A stretch of DNA of 63,847 nt, counting the filler, from Folioceros fuciformis (taxonomy: Eukaryota): the NCBI GenBank assembly GCA_049999805.1. It is 3 parts of 2 records of this genome, joined end to end, with 100 filler letters (N's around TTAATTAATTAA, not from the genome) between each part and the next. Parts side by side here need not be neighbours in the genome. Positions count along the whole stretch, not along the records: positions 38,077 to 63,847 come from JBNGIO010006104.1; 2 more parts are not named here. The stretch is one strand, 5' to 3'. Both the position numbers and the translations under genes were made by a program. Below are positions 59,811 through 63,847 of this stretch, piece by piece. The notes under the pieces are model-generated. The model searched no databases. It was not told the DNA's origin and worked only from the letters and a program-made list of their open reading frames with translations. Position 1 is the first letter of the stretch. Every line of letters starts with the position of its first letter.

Positions 59811-61974
59811 ATGTATTCAGATCACGTAGCTGGAGTGGGAAATATTAGGAAAAGGTCTATCAGGGATCGGCTAGGTGGAGGGGCTGGGGATTACGGCTCC
59901 GCCGGAGGAAGACAGAGCTACGTGAAGCGGTAGGTTTTCACTGCTTTTCAACTTGCCAGCGGAGGCCTAGCCTTCTCTGCTGGTTTTGAACACTGGTTTT
60001 GCGGACCTTCCTCGTGTATCCGTCGCCACGGTGACTTTCCGGCTGCTGGTCCCTGCGGTTGCGTCTCCATGTAAGAGACATGGTAGCATTATTAGGGGAC
60101 TTTGGGGTCTCACCTCTCAGAGCCGGCCGAAGAGCTGGATGGATGCAACAGGGGTTATAAGGTGAGGGTGAACGCTGGCCAAAAGGTGCCTGCCTTTTGC
60201 AGGTCCTCAAGAACTTGGTCCTGAGTCAGACACGGACAGAACCCTGTCTGCCTAGCCTCTGGGGAGGTCCTCCTAACCTGATGCATTCGTTCCGGTGAGA
60301 GACACCGTCGAGGTTTGTGCTGGAAGTTTCACTGTCCTGAATCCTTGGTATCGTCTTTGAGTCCGAACGGGGCGTAGTACATGAGCTTCGTAGCATTAGG
60401 GTGATTCTAACATACAAGCCAGTGCCCTGCATCGTGCACCGTGGATTGCCTCGACCTGGAATACCAAGGATCCAAGTGGAAGGTCGTAGATGAGCAAGAA
60501 AATCTGGTGTCGTAATTGGATGCGCGTCATAAGGGTTTGGAGGCGTCCTCTGTCAGTGATCCAGAGTATGGGTTCACTGGTGGTGAAAATCATAAAACGT
60601 GTTTGAGTGCAATTCGACCGGGGCGAGAGAGCCAGGCCTGCTTCACGTTTGCCAACTCACACCATCGTGTCAATGTTCTACTTATGATCTCAACCGTAGA
60701 CCTCAGCCTATTTTATGGAGTCATCTACAGAGCGACTGTTCAGCGAGAGATGGTTTTAGTTGTGTTGCTGCTCAGGCTTTCATTCCTTCGTTTTTTTGTC
60801 CACTCTTACTTAGGCAACGTCAAGAGGATGGCAAGTGGAAGCATGATCTTTTTGACCAGGGGGAGGAAGAGGAGTTGCAACCATCAAGTATCCTCCAGAC
60901 GTGTGATGCAGCTTTAGTTCTTTTTTTTGCAGCGCCGTGTTTCTTTTGATTGAGTGGCAACAGCTGTTTGAGGGCTGCGATTTATTTTGTGTCCTTAATT
61001 AAAGGAGAAGACGGGCGGCTGAATGCACACGACTTGAGATACCGGCTTGCACGGCAGAACACTTCCTCAAAACCTGTGGCTGGTCAGATAAGTCAGCTTA
61101 CCACTTTGAAGCCAATTGCACGAGAGAAGGATCTCAGGGAGAAGCTTTCAAGTGGGGTTCAGTCCCAAGTTGGGCAAATTGCAGAGCGGCGCCTGGCTTC
61201 AGTGGTCCGCGGAAGCACTGGAACACTGCCAACAGGGGCTACACAGCAAGTTGGGGGGCGTAGCAAGTCAAGCCAGAAGCCTGTAATCAAGCTACCCTTG
61301 TTTTAACGTGTTTGCTGTGTCCCAGTTCCCTCCGTGCCTGAATTTCTCTGGACTTTGGTGTTGCTTGAGGTTGTACGAGATTTTACTTGTCAAAATACTG
61401 GCGAACCACGCTGTGCAGCCTCTTGTAGTAGGTCCAAAGATCGCTGTGTGTCAGGGGTGGAATCTTGGTAGAAATGTAACACATGCTGCCTGCGTTATGT
61501 GTGGCCTTGTCAGTCTAATGGGTTTGATACTTTGTCATGGTGCCATGTCAATGAGGTGGCAGTGCTAACGATGAAAGCAATGTAGCTAATAGGCATTTGT
61601 GGGTTTCGATGTCTTTTCTGCAGTCTGAAGAGCAGACTGTAGCCTCCCTTTTGCAGACTCTGGGCCTAAGCAAATATCTAGGAACATTTCAATCAGAAGA
61701 GGTATCATTATAGCTCACTGTGTCTTTGTTGATTTCTAACGATGTTCTTCAATTCATGTGATCCGGGTGTCATGATTTACTACCTTGCAGATTGATATGG
61801 CTGCATTACGGCACATGAGCGATGAAGACCTGAAGGAACTTGGTGTTCCAATGGTACGATTTGCTTCACACATTCGTCGAGACCTTTTCGCAGTTGGGTG
61901 CTCATGTTTTTGTTTTTCCTTTGATTGGACAGGGACCAAGGAAGAAAATTCTCCTTGCTACACGGGCTCATTGA
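59811..61974 (+). CDS. SAM (sterile alpha motif) domain protein, At3g07170/IRP1-like; 6 exons
   Basis: MYSD..KRSIRDRLG, KRQRQEDGKWKHDLF, DLRYRL/DLREKL repeats, SAM LLQTLGLSKYLGTFQSEEIDMAALRHMSDEDLKELGVPMGPRKKILLA. Confidence 0.88.
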
Positions 61975-62334
61975 CAGCTGGGACAGTAGGTCAAATGTCC
62001 CGAGGTCGAAGGCCAGCCAAGTCGCCTTTTATGCTGGAAGTGTCTAGGTTATTCAAGGACGACGGGGTACTTACTTTGCTGGGTTAATGCACCACCCTAG
62101 TACTTGCCACGTACTCTGCTGGGCGGCTCTTGTATCTCAACTGTACTCTGAAAACGTTTTTTGGGATGTTCCCCTGGTGTTCCCTTGGTGCTGTGGCATG
62201 ACGCCAAGATGAGGAAAGAGTCAGCACACAGGAACATGGATTTGTGAGCCTCACTCTGTTCTTTGTGATGAACTATGGAGTGGTCTTGTGGGATGGATTA
62301 GGTTCCTATCTACCGGCGCAGCAGTGCCAAAAAA

Positions 62335-63818
62335 TTAAGCCCAGCCCTTGCTCTTGATGAGGGCTTCGATACTGGGAATATCACTTGGACTATCCACTCC
62401 ATGAGCGTCGTGCTCCACCTTGATCACCTACAATGCATTCCGGAGCGAAGTGTGAGGATCCACCCACCCAAGGAGTCATGAACGTAAGTGGATAGATGGG
62501 AAGGGCAGCTAGCTACCTTCATCTTGTACCCATTCTCCAGCACTTTCAGTTGCTCCAAATCCTCCTCGATTTGCAACGGAGTGGCAGGCATGGCGCAATA
62601 TACAGCCAGGAATTTCGCATCGTAGCACTGCACCAGGACAAGGAGGAAGGGTAGCAGTGGGTTGCACGAACGTAGTGGAGCAGTGACAACATGTTTGACT
62701 CACTGGCTGGAAATGATTGACGACGCACCTGGATGCCCAGATGCAAATAGTATGGGAAGTTTGGGTTTGCAGTTCCTTTCCTGTGTGAAGGAGACAGGCG
62801 AGTCAGGTGCTTGATGTTCCGCCGTTGCAGACAATTGCCAAGAATCGCACAGGCTAGGAAGGGTCAGATTACTTGTTGGAGGGAATGAGGCCCCTGGAGA
62901 AGTAGATAGCATAGCCGTTTGTGTCCAAAATACACTTGACGCGATTGGGATCGGCAGCATGTTCCGGCTTCAGAGACGTGACTGCCGTGCTGAAGACGGC
63001 GTCGGGCGATCCCTGCGGATCCAAGTCCCTTCCCAAACTCAACCCTTGTTTCCAAACAAGGCGTGGCATGGTGCAGGACCTGGTAAATGTATGTAAGTAA
63101 CTGTGGCTCAGCTCACCTGCAATGCCTTCACCACGCCGTCGATAATGTGCGGATCGATGAGCGGCTCATCTCCCTGGATATTGACAACAATGTCGTACTT
63201 GCTACTCAGCTTGTGCAGGGCTTCGTGACACCGTTCCGTTCCTGCCAGGAGCTGGATGAGCAAGGCAAGCAGGCACGCTAGGGCAGATCCAAATGCAGAG
63301 ACAGGGGAAGAACAAGAACCATTTTGACAGCTCTGCGATGTCATCACCACGTCCGCTCCGAAACGACGGCAGCAGGTCGCAATTCGATCGTCATCCGTGG
63401 CCACCACTGGAGCACAGCCAGAGATAGTCATCAACAGCTGAGCAGCAAGCACAGCAGCATGCAAGGCATCCGAAATCACTCACCTACAGCGTCCAATGCG
63501 GAGGCCAATTTCGCCTGCTCCCACGTCCTCTACACACCAATGCGCGCACCAGCAGCAGCACCACGGGCACAAGCAAGTGAGTCCGAGCTGCACAAAAATC
63601 GAACCGAACAAAACCGGGTTCGCGTTGGATTGCGCAGCCTGAACCTGGATCATCGGCTTCCCAAGAATGACCGCCAGCGGCTTGCCCTGGAAGCGCGACG
63701 AGAGATAGCGCGCCGGGATGATCCCCACAGCCAGCGGCCGGGACATGGCTCCGTTGGTGAGGAGAAACTCAACAACCCGCCCCCCGCCGACTCCTGGCAA
63801 TCCACCTCGTGTGCGCAT
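62335..63818 (-). CDS. KDSB: CMP-Kdo synthetase (3-deoxy-manno-octulosonate cytidylyltransferase); start at ATG 63818 or 63746; 8 exons
   Basis: [78 protein letters not shown]. Confidence 0.95.
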
Positions 63819-63847
63819 TAATTAACGTACGCATGTGTAACGTGCAG

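Noticed and set aside
62335-63818. Bacterial-type kdsB as possible horizontal transfer or contamination
   Set aside because: It has spliceosomal introns, and plants normally encode CMP-Kdo synthetase for rhamnogalacturonan-II synthesis

Overview
Eukaryotic, intron-rich land-plant nuclear DNA. Compact GC-rich genes with ~80-150 bp introns suggest a non-seed plant such as a hornwort or lycophyte; this is an inference only. Two artificial N44-TTAATTAATTAA-N44 linkers (20665-20764, 37977-38076) split the window into three pieces that may not be neighbours. Host genes: At1g16080-like plastid protein, U6 snRNA, ABCI20-like ABC ATPase, bark-storage/nucleoside-phosphorylase-like protein, coiled-coil tail-anchored protein, tRNA-Thr(AGT), an unknown plastid-targeted protein, P2B Ca2+-ATPase (ACA), OTU-like protein, CKI1-like histidine kinase, class I LBD factor, RH17/DDX31-like DEAD-box helicase, SAM-domain protein and CMP-Kdo synthetase. 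Mobile or decayed DNA: two related chromovirus-like Ty3/gypsy elements, a pogo-like DNA transposon remnant, a degenerate CRE-like non-LTR retrotransposon, an intron-retaining MTHFR pseudogene and many minisatellites. Most notable observations: (1) the gypsy family seems to have non-canonical 5'-AG...CT-3' LTR ends; (2) its gag and pol are separated by one in-frame UGA-CGG followed, after an 8-nt spacer, by a stem-loop (candidate readthrough signal); (3) a putative 5-exon, 68-aa ORF ends only 55 nt upstream of the DEAD-box helicase ATG (candidate spliced uORF or bicistronic mRNA).
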